Shown here in pieces: positions 47,901 to 59,205 of a stretch of 64,000 bases of DNA. Origin of the DNA: Phoronis australis. Taxonomy: Eukaryota > Animalia > Phoronida. Position 1 is the stretch's first letter. Every line of letters begins with the position of its first letter. The notes beneath the pieces were generated by a model. That model did not search any database and had not been told where the DNA came from. It saw only the letters and a program-made list of their open reading frames with translations. The position numbers and the translations under genes were made by a program. The stretch covers positions 649,935 to 713,934 of the forward strand of contig NMRA01000153.1 of NCBI GenBank assembly GCA_002633005.1, in the 5' to 3' direction.

Positions 47901-50900
47901 AATGCGTATTCCTCAATGTCTTGGCCAAGAAGCAAACTATTATTAACTTGTATTAAGAGTGTCTTGTATTAGGTACCGCATGCCTGTACAATGAACGTTG
48001 TTTAAAAATAATTCATATACAATAAACATTGTTTTAAAATAAAAGTCATCTAGTCAGCTACTACATATGAAACACCTAAGGTCTTTGAATTGCATTTTTT
48101 TGGCCAAGTTACAAGAAGCAGGCTTCAAGTCATGTTTTTCCATGAATTCATAATTCTCCAGTTTGGGACAGTGAAACGTTGATTATGTTGCTCAAGGTTG
48201 GGGGTCAAAACTAAAGTTTTGAAATGGGCAATATTGCCCTTACAAAATTCAACAATTATGATCAATGAAGGATGTTCATTCTCCTCATTGTTATGCAGTT
48301 TGGGGATACCTGAAAATGTTCCTGTTTTTTCAACATTATGAATCACCATGATGTCTATTTTCAGACTCTGTTGATACGAAATGCAGTGTCCGATATTTGG
48401 GAAATGTGATAGAATCAAAAATCACCCGTGTCCAACTCTTGAAATCAAAAATAATCTGTTTCTGCTTGAATTTTGTGTGCCAAATTTTTGTGACTGCCCT
48501 GAAATGGAGATTTTTTAACATAATGATCTTCCAGCAACACAAACTGAAGGAATTTTTAAAACTGAAGGAATTGAAATTTCATTGTCTACATGTAAATATG
48601 GCATTTCTTGAATTGTTAAATAAAATTGACTGAGTATGGTTTTAATTACCTTCAGTTTCCTACTGGATCGCTTGCTACAGTATGAGAAGTTAGAGGACAG
48701 TTCAAGTGATTCTGACGCCACAGCATCCAGTGACAGTGAAGGGGGAACAAAGAAGAGTAGTAAAAAGTGCGAGGTTTTGTTTCTTAAATTATGAAAATTG
48801 CGGAGAATCATCAGCATTCTCCATGTGTTTGAATTCCACCTTGACAAGTTTACCACACTCAACTCAAGTTTGAAAACCCATAAAAAATTTTTTTCTCAAT
48901 CAAATAAGGACACATTTAATCAGTTCATTGCATGTATTCCAAGACATAACATACAAACTTCCCATAGTGTAGATATAGACTTTCGAACATGTTCATGAAT
49001 TTTTAATTCCAGTCGAAATTGAAGTTTCTGAGGTGGAGAAGACTGATCATACGTTAAGAATAAATCTTCCCATGACGGCAGAGTCTATTCATTTACACTT
49101 CATTAAAGCGACTAAACACAATGCTCTTGAGTGTCAGAAACAGTTTGGATTTAGACCACTTTCCGTCTCACAATTGGTCTCTACTTGTTTCATACTAAGA
49201 TGAGAAATGATTTCTGGAAGATCTGACAGTTCGGTAGTGTTTGAGACGGCGTGTGGCTCATAAAGCGACATGGCGTGGTAAGCAAACTTATCAAGCCTGA
49301 TGCCAAGTGGCAATGAACTGATAGTTCTTCTCAAGTTCAGTAATTGTCTGTCATCGGAGCAATTTTATAGCCATAAGTGTCCTACATCAAATGTTCTTTT
49401 TTACGGAAGGCAGATTTATAGCCTCTTTACTTTAATTACACAAAATATGTGAAAGTGTCAGCACAGCTGTCGGGTGTGAATTGGTGTGACATTCACAACA
49501 GTTGGCATCATCTCCATACTGTGTCATGCCCAGAAGATGTATATCGAGATTTTACCTTCAAATCCAGCACGTGCATTTGGATTTTTATTAAATGAACATT
49601 CTTGGCAAGAAAAGTAATTTACTAGAAATTAGGAGTGTGCGGAATTGAACCCACTTGCTCAGCAGTAGCTGCCAGACGCTCTGACCCTAAGCCAAATCCC
49701 ATGCGTTAAATACAATGAAAGTACGTGAGGCATATTTAACTGGTTAAGACTCCAGCCTTGATATCAGTGAATATTTTGCAGACAACAGCCAGAATTGGCA
49801 ATTATAAAATGATCACAACACAACATCTTTTGTTGTTTTATAGCTGATAACGTCCCTTAAATCTGGTGCTATTGGTCACTTGTGATAACAACATGGATGA
49901 AAAAAATATATGCTCTAATTTAATCATCCAAATGTCAATGAAATTTACAGAAAGAAGCTGTCTCATCCCAGCCTAGGTCTGTTCCCCGATCAATCACCGG
50001 GGATGATTCCTACACTAGACATGATGTCATCCCCTCAGGTAAGGAGTCTATGCACATTCCAACCGCACATGTCCTAGTTACTGTCTTGGGTGGGATCTGA
50101 CTAATACTGCATTCATCTCTGAGTTGTGTTGAGACTTCAATATTTTGTGTTTTGTGTGACTACTAACTTTTCAATTGTTCTATTTGTTGAGGACATGAAA
50201 CTGATGTATGTATGTGATAGAGTTTCAAATTTCTACTCACAAACTAATTAACAGCATAATGAAGGCGATTTGCAGCAGACCAAAAGGAAAACTCTATGAA
50301 GCGACACTCTAATGCTCTGTGTTCCATTCATTGGAGAAATTCATTATGGGTGAAAATGTTGGACTCTTTGTTCTTATGAAAGCAGGTCCCCTTCTTCCTT
50401 AAAAGTTGAACCCTTTGTGCCTTTAAGTATAAAGTTTGATGAGACCTCATTTATCAGTTTAGTGTTCACCACAACAGAATAGTCAAACTTGACAGGAATT
50501 TCAAAATTCGTGAACGCGTTTGAAAATCTGTGCCTATGCTAGGGGGACTTTATGTAAGTCTAGGAATAAATGTGGAACTGGTGCAAAAAGTCCAAAATGT
50601 CCTTATTTGGTTAAGGAATGACTAACCTCCCAAAAGTTCAAACTTGATGTAAGTAAGCCAAACTCATCAAGGCAGAATTCAAACTCGTTACTTCGGTGTG
50701 TCAAAACAGGTTGTGGATAACACTATTTATCATATAATGGTCATGTTGAAGAACTGTGCCAAAAATGCTACAAAACAAAATTGAACATGGTTGGGGATTT
50801 GCATCCCTGTTCTGGTTTCGTGGTCTCGGCTATGTAACATAAATGAATTACGTAGCCTTGAAATTAGCACCGCAATTCCACCGGTTTATTCAAAGACAGT

Positions 50901-53900
50901 TCTTGAACATGGTCCACTCCAAGTGCACTGTTTCCTGGTGGTGGTTTCTCATCCTTCGTTCTGTGTCTCTCTCCTCAAGTCTCTCTACTCTAGTGGCTCG
51001 GGCCCCTCCGCCTTCCCCATGAGTACCTTTCTCTCACAGTCAGCAGCTGCCTATAACCTGGCCAACACAAAAGTAAGTGTCCTATACAATCTAGGCTTAG
51101 TGTTCCATCTGTGAACTCAAGCTTACTATCAGATTTGAGATAAAAAGTCTATAGTGCACATTGTTTTGTGATTTGTTATGAATTCTGAACAAAAATGAAG
51201 TTCTAACAAATTAAACAATACTCTGTTAACTATGAACAAAATCTGTTTTTGCTGAGTGGTAGATTTGAGTGGTTATGAAGGGAAGCTTTTTGTTATGTTG
51301 CGTACGATTAACGTAACTTTGTGTGTATTAACCATAGACTTGTTAAAGGCCTCAGTAAACTTGTTAAAAAGTGCAAATTTATATGTAAAGCAAAAATGAG
51401 TCAGCATGTGTACCGAGCGAGTATACACGTTTTACTATTCATGGCTGCTTGTAATGTGCAAAATTGTGAAATAATTTAAATACAATTTTGTGCACATGTT
51501 CTGGGTAGCAATTATCCAGTGATTGTCGTTTGTTTGAATAAGAGTGTAACATACTCTCATTGTATTGAGCTTGAAGGCATGTGTTTTTGTTCCGTGGCTA
51601 TACACATGATGGTGGCGTTCATTGCAAAATGTGACTAACAAGATATTCAGCATTTTTGTTACACCATGAATTTAATCTGAATAGGGTGTTGCTCACAGAA
51701 GGATACTTTTTTATTGTTAATTGTTTATTTATTGACTGTTCATCTAGTATTTGCATATTAATCTCTTGCATCATTAATCAGTTCAGAATTAATGAACAAA
51801 TATTATCCAGTGAAAGCATGGAAGCATATTGCAGTTCAGTACAATGAATTTTCAAATGTCACACGTGCACAACTTTAAAGGACGTTATTGACGAGGTCAG
51901 CCTCATCGTATAATCGAACCTGTAACCTCCGCAGTCACATCTAACCTTCTGCTGGTGGAGCTATATATCACTCACTTAATGGCAAAGTATTTTAATCCTA
52001 CTTTTAAGTATGAATAAAATACTATGCCAGTAACATTACCAGTTAATTTTAACCAATGTCTGGCAGATGACGGCGATAGTTGGCAATTTGTAATAAAATC
52101 ATAAAAGCAAGGGCTTTAATTTGTTGTTTTACAGCTCTGGTCAAGACAAATAACTTTAAGAAATGTCTTCCATCCTACACTAATTCCAAAAATTTTTTCG
52201 ACAATAAAGCTGATAATGTCCCTTTGGTACTGAGCTGAGAGCGAAGAACTGACGAGTCCAACAGTGTGATCTAGTGGGATTCAAACGCACGACCTCTAGA
52301 TTGGATGGCAAATGCTGTACTGCTAAACAACACTGCCTCCTCTGCTTTGGGTATCCTTTTATGTTTTGCTTTATAGTTATGAAACATGACTATGAATGTG
52401 CATGGTGAAAGGTTAGTACCTCATTAACATGGACCTGTTTGCACTCAGGCACACATTTTGATCTATGTGAACGCAGTACAGTTTACAATGTTTATTTCAG
52501 GTAGCACAAGGTGAGCCATCACGAAAGAAGATAAAAAGCAGTAAGAAGACGTCAAAAACAAGTAAGTAGATGTCGTGTTCATTCTCGGTGAAATTTTATA
52601 TTTACACAAAGGAATTGTGTGCAACTCAATCAGTGCAATGTTCACTTGTCGTTCTGTTTGCTATTAATAGGATTTATCGTGTTCCTTGTCCTGACATGAA
52701 TGTAGTAAGGACAAAATCAATTGTAAGTTGAGTCTTGGTTAACACATTTCTTTACAGACGTGTGCAGTGCAAGACAAAAGTAATCGAACAAAATATTGTT
52801 TCCTGCTATGATGTCTAGCTTTGTTAATGGCAGAAATGACTGGTAACAAGTTTAAGGGCTGCAAAGTTCCATCACTTAGCCAACTTTTCTGTTAATTCCC
52901 CTTGATGAAGACTACTCTGGCGATGAATTTGGTTTCTGCACAGCTGTCACAATGGGAAATTCTGGATCATTTTGTCTGTCATGAATACTTTTGGTTTATA
53001 CTGTAAGAACATGTCTTTTAGTATTAAATAGAAAACAAATCAAAAACCCATTGTCGGATTTTGATGAAATTTGGCACAACGGTGTAGGGCTTTACTAGAA
53101 CGGTTCATGTCACTTTTCAATCTGCCTTGCCCTCTGGTGTCAGTTGCTTTTTCTGTATTTTTTGGGGAAGAGTGTTTCTGGATGATATCGCGATAACTCA
53201 TTGACTGATTTCAATGAAACTTGGCACAAAGGAGTGTGATATCAATGCACTGGCACAATTAAAGTTTTGGGTGGATGTGAATACTGCTGTACCTTTTAGT
53301 GGCCATTTTGTTCTCGACGAGGGGGTTTTAAACTATTCTTTTGGAGAGAAGAGCATTTCCAGAAGATATCTAAAAAACCAATGGGCATATTACATCAAAG
53401 CTTGACACAGAGGTATACTATGAGATTGCACTGACACAGATTAATTTTCGGCCAGATTCGATTTTGCAGTGCCTCCTAGTAGCCATTTTGCATTAGAGCG
53501 TTTCCCGATCATATATAAAGAAACGTGTGAACGATTTCAGTGAAAGTTGACACTGTGGTTTGTGATGACAAAGCGGTGGCACCATTTAAATTTTGGGTAG
53601 ATTTGACAACTGCAGCACATCCTAGTGGTCGTTTTCTGTGAGAATGTTACCGGATGATATGTGAAGAACCAAGTGAAGGATTTTAATGAAATTTGACACA
53701 GAGGTATATGATGTCAATGTGCAGGCAACATTAAATTTTTGGGCGGATTTGACCACTGCAGCATCTCTTAGTGGTTCGGTTCTCATCAAAGGGGCTTTTG
53801 AAGTGTTATTTGGGGAAGAGCATTTTCGGATGATATCAAGAGAACCAACAGACAGATTTCGATAAAACTTGACTTAGAAATATACGATGTCGGTGTGCTA

Positions 53901-56900
53901 GCAACATTTATTTTTTGGATGGATTCAACCTCTGCAGCATCTTCTAGTGGCTATTTAGGGGAAGAACATTTTCGGATGATATTTTTTGAACCGACAGATG
54001 AATTTTAATGAAATTTGACAATGCGCAATCACCATTAAATTTTTGCGCTGTTACCAAATACTGCAGCAGCTCTTAGGGCCATTTTGTTCTCAAGGGGCTT
54101 TCATGCATTGTGGGGGGGAGAGGAATTATTGATGATATCTAAAAGTGATTGACTGATGTCAACGAATCTTGACACAGACATACGGGATGTCAATGCAGCT
54201 GACCATTTGTTTTTGAAGTCAATTTGCCCACTGGAGCATCATGAGCTTTTCAAGTGTTGTTTGAGGATTAGTGTTTCTGGATGATATTTAGAGAACCGAT
54301 TGGATGGATTTCAATGAAACTTTATATATGATGACCATGTGTTGTTTGGGGGATTAGTGTTTCTGGATGATATTTAGAGAACCGATTGATGGATTAGTGT
54401 TTGTGGATGATATTTAGAGAACCGATTGGATGGATTAGTGTTTCTGGATGATATTTAGAGAACCGATTGATGGATTAGTGTTTCTGGATGATATTTAGAG
54501 AACCGATTGATGGATTTCAATGAAACTTTATATATGATGACCATGTGCCGGAATTATTCTGTTCTCAACAAGGGCCTCTTCAAGTGTTGTTTAGAGGAAG
54601 AATGTAGAGAACTGACTGACACTCATTAAATAATTTCATAAGGTTGGTGGAGTAAAAAATAGTTGTTTCTTATTTTCACAACCAGAAAAGCACTAGTACC
54701 TTTCAGTTTCGGCTCCTTTCAGCAGCCATCTTTCAAAGCTATTGGATACTAGGCGGTGTGGTGATGAGGCTGTTCCAAATTTTAGATAACTTATACCCCC
54801 CATCGTCCCTATTCATAACTGAGCCACTTTTTCTGACCCAGATAGACTCTCTTATTTGTCTAGATCTTAAATTATAAGTATAAGTTATCTAAAATGTGGA
54901 ACAGCCTCATCACCACACCACCTGGTGTCCAATAACTTCGGAAAATGGCTGTTGACAGAGAGGAGCCAAAACTGTCAAGGTACTAAATAAATTAAATGCT
55001 TTTCTGGTTGTGGAAATAAGAAACAATCAAACTGACTGACAGATTTCAATGATGACAGTGCACCAGCACCATTTGATTTTCGGGCTGATTCGACTACTGC
55101 AGCCCCTCCTAGTGGCCTGTAGAAACATATTGTATGCAATGCACCTTGGGTGCATGTCAACCCCCCAGCGTTGCTCTTGTTTTACATAAAAACTAGAAGG
55201 AAATGCTTGTCATGGCTGTAAAATGAACTTTCCACATATCGCACGAAAACTACGGCATCACTGCAAAAATGCATTGTAGTTAGACTCTGATTCATTACAT
55301 GTTACACCATGCTGAGATTGCAGAACTTCAAGAATACTGAAGTTGAAACATAATTCTCGCTACTTTTCATTGTGGGTAGTGTACTGTTCCTTGTGAATGG
55401 ATCATGCTGGTCGTGCTAGGCAGGAGATAAGTCTGACATCCTTGTCTTCTAGCTTCCCTGCTTGCAAAAAACGTGTCACCTAAAGCACGGTCTGCCGCTG
55501 AACATGGTGGACTGGGTGGTCAACTGTCCAGAGAGGAAGTTGAGAAGAAACTGGCCGAGTCAGCGTCAAAGCCATCGTACATGAGGATTGACAAGGCACC
55601 GACTTCTGTCCCGCTCGATATTTTTAGTAACGAAGACTCGAACCCCGACAGGTACGTGTCTTTATTCATCTGTCGAAGTATGGTTGACATAAAAATTCTT
55701 CTGGCTGGGACAACAATATGTCGGAGAGGGGAAATTTTATTTCATCAATTTTTCTACAAAAAATGTTTCATAAAATTGCTTTCAGCATGGTTTGCACAGT
55801 ATACTTGTCAACAGACAGATAAATTTTTTCCAGTAATCAGAAACATGACAGTTTTAGTGTTTTATTTTTGTTCCAAATTGAAGGATTTTTTGTATAGACA
55901 ACTGGTCAGTGTATTGGCCCTTAAGTGACATCATTGGTGTCAATGTACACTTGAGATCAGTTCCAAGATGAATTTCAATCCTAGTCATTGACACTTGGAT
56001 AATAGAGCTAAAAGCTGGCAGGTAGTCTAGTATTTTAACTGTCGACAAGACCACTAGCCGCGATATCAGTTAATTCTCTCAAATGACTGGAAGCCAAAAT
56101 GTGGAATCATCAATTTCTAATAAAACCACAAAAACGCTACATATTTTGCTGTCTGGTCAACATCAAGAAGTCTATCTTACCAACAATAATTTGTAAAAAG
56201 CGTTCTTCGGTCCTTAAAGCGATCAGACCCTTTATATTATGTTCATGTCATGGTTGATGAGATTTGTTACCTGTCAATTGCATTGTGTTTATTTTTGTTG
56301 GTATTGCATTTTTAAAACTTTTATGGGTAGCACTATTTTTCTATAGTTTTGCGTGACGGTTACTGTATGAATAATGGACAGAATTCACAGAATCTGACTT
56401 CTTTCACGGAGTTACAAATTACGAACAGAATTTGTATATTTCAGTACCAGATGCCATAATTCTGATGTTTTTTGGTTTTTAATCAAAAATTAAATATATA
56501 GTCCATCAAATGAGTCGTATTTTGTATACAAGTCTATCAACTGTTTTGGAGCAGACATGTTCTAGTCGTTCCTGAAGATGTCTCTTTTCTTTTGCGGTTT
56601 TGAGAAACAATAAATATGGCATGCAGCAAGTTATGTGTAAAATGTAGCTATGGCGTAAATTGGCAGAGAACGTAAGGCAATTCCCAGATGATGTTTCTGT
56701 TATTTATCACTTGGAAGTAGTACAACGGAATTTGATTGTTTAGGAAAAATGGATAAAAATGAACATTAATGTTTGCTAAAACAAATTTCTCTATTTTTGA
56801 TAACGGAAAACTGGGGTCTCCATGTCAGGTAATTTGCAAATATTTTTTAAGTCTGGTCAGCATGCACGTGTTGGCCACATCACGTGACCTAATGAATACA

Positions 56901-57291
56901 GGTCTGAAAATTTTTTTCAACTGGGACTAGAACCTGGGTTCTGCTGCTTAGCATGCGGACGCACTGGTCCACCATATTTCTACGCCAGAGATTTACATTC
57001 ACATACATTCTGAATAATCATTGCATGTTTTCATCTAATTTTAGTTCTACTAGTGCTCACTTTGGTTGGCTTTTTGGTCAATAAACCAAGATCAGTGTTT
57101 TAGAACAAGAGTACAAGTACTTCATGCTTAGGTCTTGTGAATTATTAAGTAACTACTGGACAAATAATGTTGTAGTGTGTTGCTAAAATGAAATATCATG
57201 CGGATAAATGCCATTACATGTTCTTATTTCTGGTTGCAGTGAAAGTGTAGAAGTTGATAATGACCTAGTAATAGATATACCTGTTGAGTAG
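44911..57291 (+). CDS. INO80E: INO80 complex subunit E, 271 aa, 8 coding exons
   Basis: Exons 44911-44947, 47553-47727 ([41 protein letters not shown]), 48656-48766 ([29 protein letters not shown]), 49951-50038, 50980-51072, 52501-52561, 55453-55651, 57240-57291 ([16 protein letters not shown]). 816 nt in frame. N-terminal coiled coil and C-terminal DLVIDIP match recalled human INO80E; the low-complexity middle exons are less certain. Confidence 0.92.
45046..45959. mobile_element. MULE/Mutator-like non-autonomous element, ~266-bp TIRs, 9-bp TSD
   Basis: TCTCATCTT|TAGGCAATGACCATCGCC...GGCGATGGTCATTGCCTA|TCTCATCTT; 45046-45311 is a near-identical inverted copy of 45694-45959 (hence the twin ORFs 45052+ and 45627-). 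Confidence 0.9.
46596..47091. mobile_element. hAT-like MITE with 8-bp TSD
   Basis: TCACTATC|TAGGCCTTTATCCAG...CTGCATAAAGGCCTG|TCATTATC (7/8 TSD match); subterminal GGGCGTCC repeats. Confidence 0.75.
53040..55180 (+). mobile_element. Helentron/HINE-like element, copy C, with internal degenerate tandem array; interrupted by a MITE
   Basis: Several ~150-200-bp degenerate units (gatttcaatgaaacttgacaca...ctgcagca.c.cctagtggc), a ~40-bp sub-array at 54268-54545, and 3' hairpin atgcaccttgggtgcat followed by gcgttgctcttgt|ttt. Confidence 0.55.
54663..55026. mobile_element. Long-TIR MITE nested in copy C
   Basis: 54663-54797 is a degenerate reverse complement of 54878-55026 (ttgtttcttattttcacaaccagaaaagc / gcttttctggttgtggaaataagaaacaa; gtgtggtgatgaggctgttcca / tggaacagcctcatcaccacac). 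Confidence 0.75.
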
Positions 57292-57399
57292 CAGTTACCT
57301 GGGGAGTTGCAGTTACCTGGAGAGTTGCGTTTACCGGGAGAGCTCGGGTTAACTGGAGAGTTGGGGTTACCTGGAGAGTAGCAGATACTTGGAGAGTGG
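57274..57399 (+). repeat. 18-bp tandem repeat overlapping the INO80E stop codon
   Basis: Units GATATACCTGTTGAGTAG, CAGTTACCTGGGGAGTTG, CAGTTACCTGGAGAGTTG, CGTTTACCGGGAGAGCTC, GGGTTAACTGGAGAGTTG, GGGTTACCTGGAGAGTAG, CAGATACTTGGAGAGTGG. Confidence 0.9.
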
Positions 57400-59205
57400 C
57401 CTGAAGTGGAGAGTAGCCATTCTTTGGACTGTTAATGGACTTTGTCATTGTGGGACCAATTTGTTGCATGATCTTACCAATGTATAACAGTTTATTATAC
57501 CTTAAAATATTCAGCGTTTTATGCTAGCAAATGTTCTTGCACTCTTGCAAATGAAATTCATTTAAAACCACCAGAAACTTGCCTTTCATCACAAGAACAG
57601 TTTTGGATCTAGTCCACTTACTGTTATGAAATTAAAGTGACCTTTCCTTAGTCAAAATAGGCGTAATATCTGGGCCTTGAAAGGCCAGGTTATAAAGCCA
57701 TGCTCCATAAGTTCACATGTTAAAGCAGGTCGTTCTGGCTTGGTCTCAGTGAGTAACAAACTGGTCATTCTTTGCATGTGAGTAAGGAACAAGTTGAGAC
57801 CAATTTTGTAGCTATAAGAGGTCTGAATCCAAATTTAATTTTGCGGAATGGAAGTTTATTGCCCTTGTAATAACTTTGTTGTCCTGCAAATGTCCCGAAG
57901 CATGTGTTTATGTATTGCAAATTGCTTGTTTTTCAGTAAATTATTGGAAGGTACACTGTCATGTTATCTACTGTTCTTGTATTATAATGTTTTTATGCAG
58001 AAATATATTTTCCACAGCAGTTTTGAACTTTTTATTTCCCTTTTGCCACACATAGTAAATAAAAAAGATTTACACTCTGCAAAATAAGCTTGGAATGCTG
58101 GTGTAGTTACGTTCACATAGCATTGTTCTTTCAAATGACAATTTTATTTTTACAAGTTACACTTATTTTAGGTAAATAAATACTGAATGAAATTATGCCG
58201 GACATACAAAAATTCAGTATTAGTCCACCGCTTTTATCACTATGTAAACTATATGGAAATGGCAACTGTCTATTGTACTCTGACCTGTGGCCAATTTCAT
58301 GAAAGTTGGACTTGCACTCTTACTTCAGAATTGCTGAAAATGGTTAGTGAAGTAATTCGCAACACACTCTAGAAATTATTAAACGGTTGTCTGTGCATTC
58401 TCAAAGATGTTGAACTTTTGCTCACCTGAGATTTAATCATTTTCTTCTGAAATTGCATGGAGCGTAAAATCAAATTTCACAAGTTACCTTTCATGAAATG
58501 GACTGCAAAAGTACGTATTCCCAGAGTTGAGAAATAGCCTAGTACAAGATTAAGCAATCCATGGTCTCCATCTAGTCCATAGGGGAACTACATAAAACTA
58601 GGAGCTCTAAACTGATCATATTTCAGTTAACTTCTAGAGTGAATTCAGATTTTCCTTGTACATTGTATAGTCAATTCAACTGACCCTATTTTATTTTTAA
58701 ATCCAAGTGTAAGCACAACTGCTTGTAAACAAATTCATGCCTCCAAACATTTTTTCACAAATTAAGGGGAAGTAGGAAAGGCACTTCACAAAAAAAGAAG
58801 GAAAATGTTGGAGCGACAATTGCATATTTACACTGTGAAATTGTAATGCGTACAAACTTATATTGGATTATGCCACAACATTATGGACAGAATGAATGAA
58901 AATCCGACTGAAAGTATTTGTAAAATGGAGAATACCAACCAAAACTCGCCCAAATAATTCCAGCTAATCTCCATTGTCTCCCCTGCTTTAAGGATGAACA
59001 CATGACCAGTTTTGACACCCTTATTTCACGTAGCCTTTCTTGGAACGTACACTTCCTGATGTCAAAGAGCCATTGTGCAATCCAACGATCTGAAAAATCT
59101 AACTGACACATTTAGCATGATTACTGTACTTTATTTTTAATATATGTATGACTGCTCAACTTAATGTTGAGTAAAAGTTTGCCACTGTAAGATTTAATAG
59201 TTGAA

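Noticed and set aside
57224-57469. Antisense 81-aa ORF with LQVTAT repeats
   Set aside because: Mirror of the 18-bp repeat on the opposite strand; variation is not synonymous-biased in that frame and there is no promoter or splice support.
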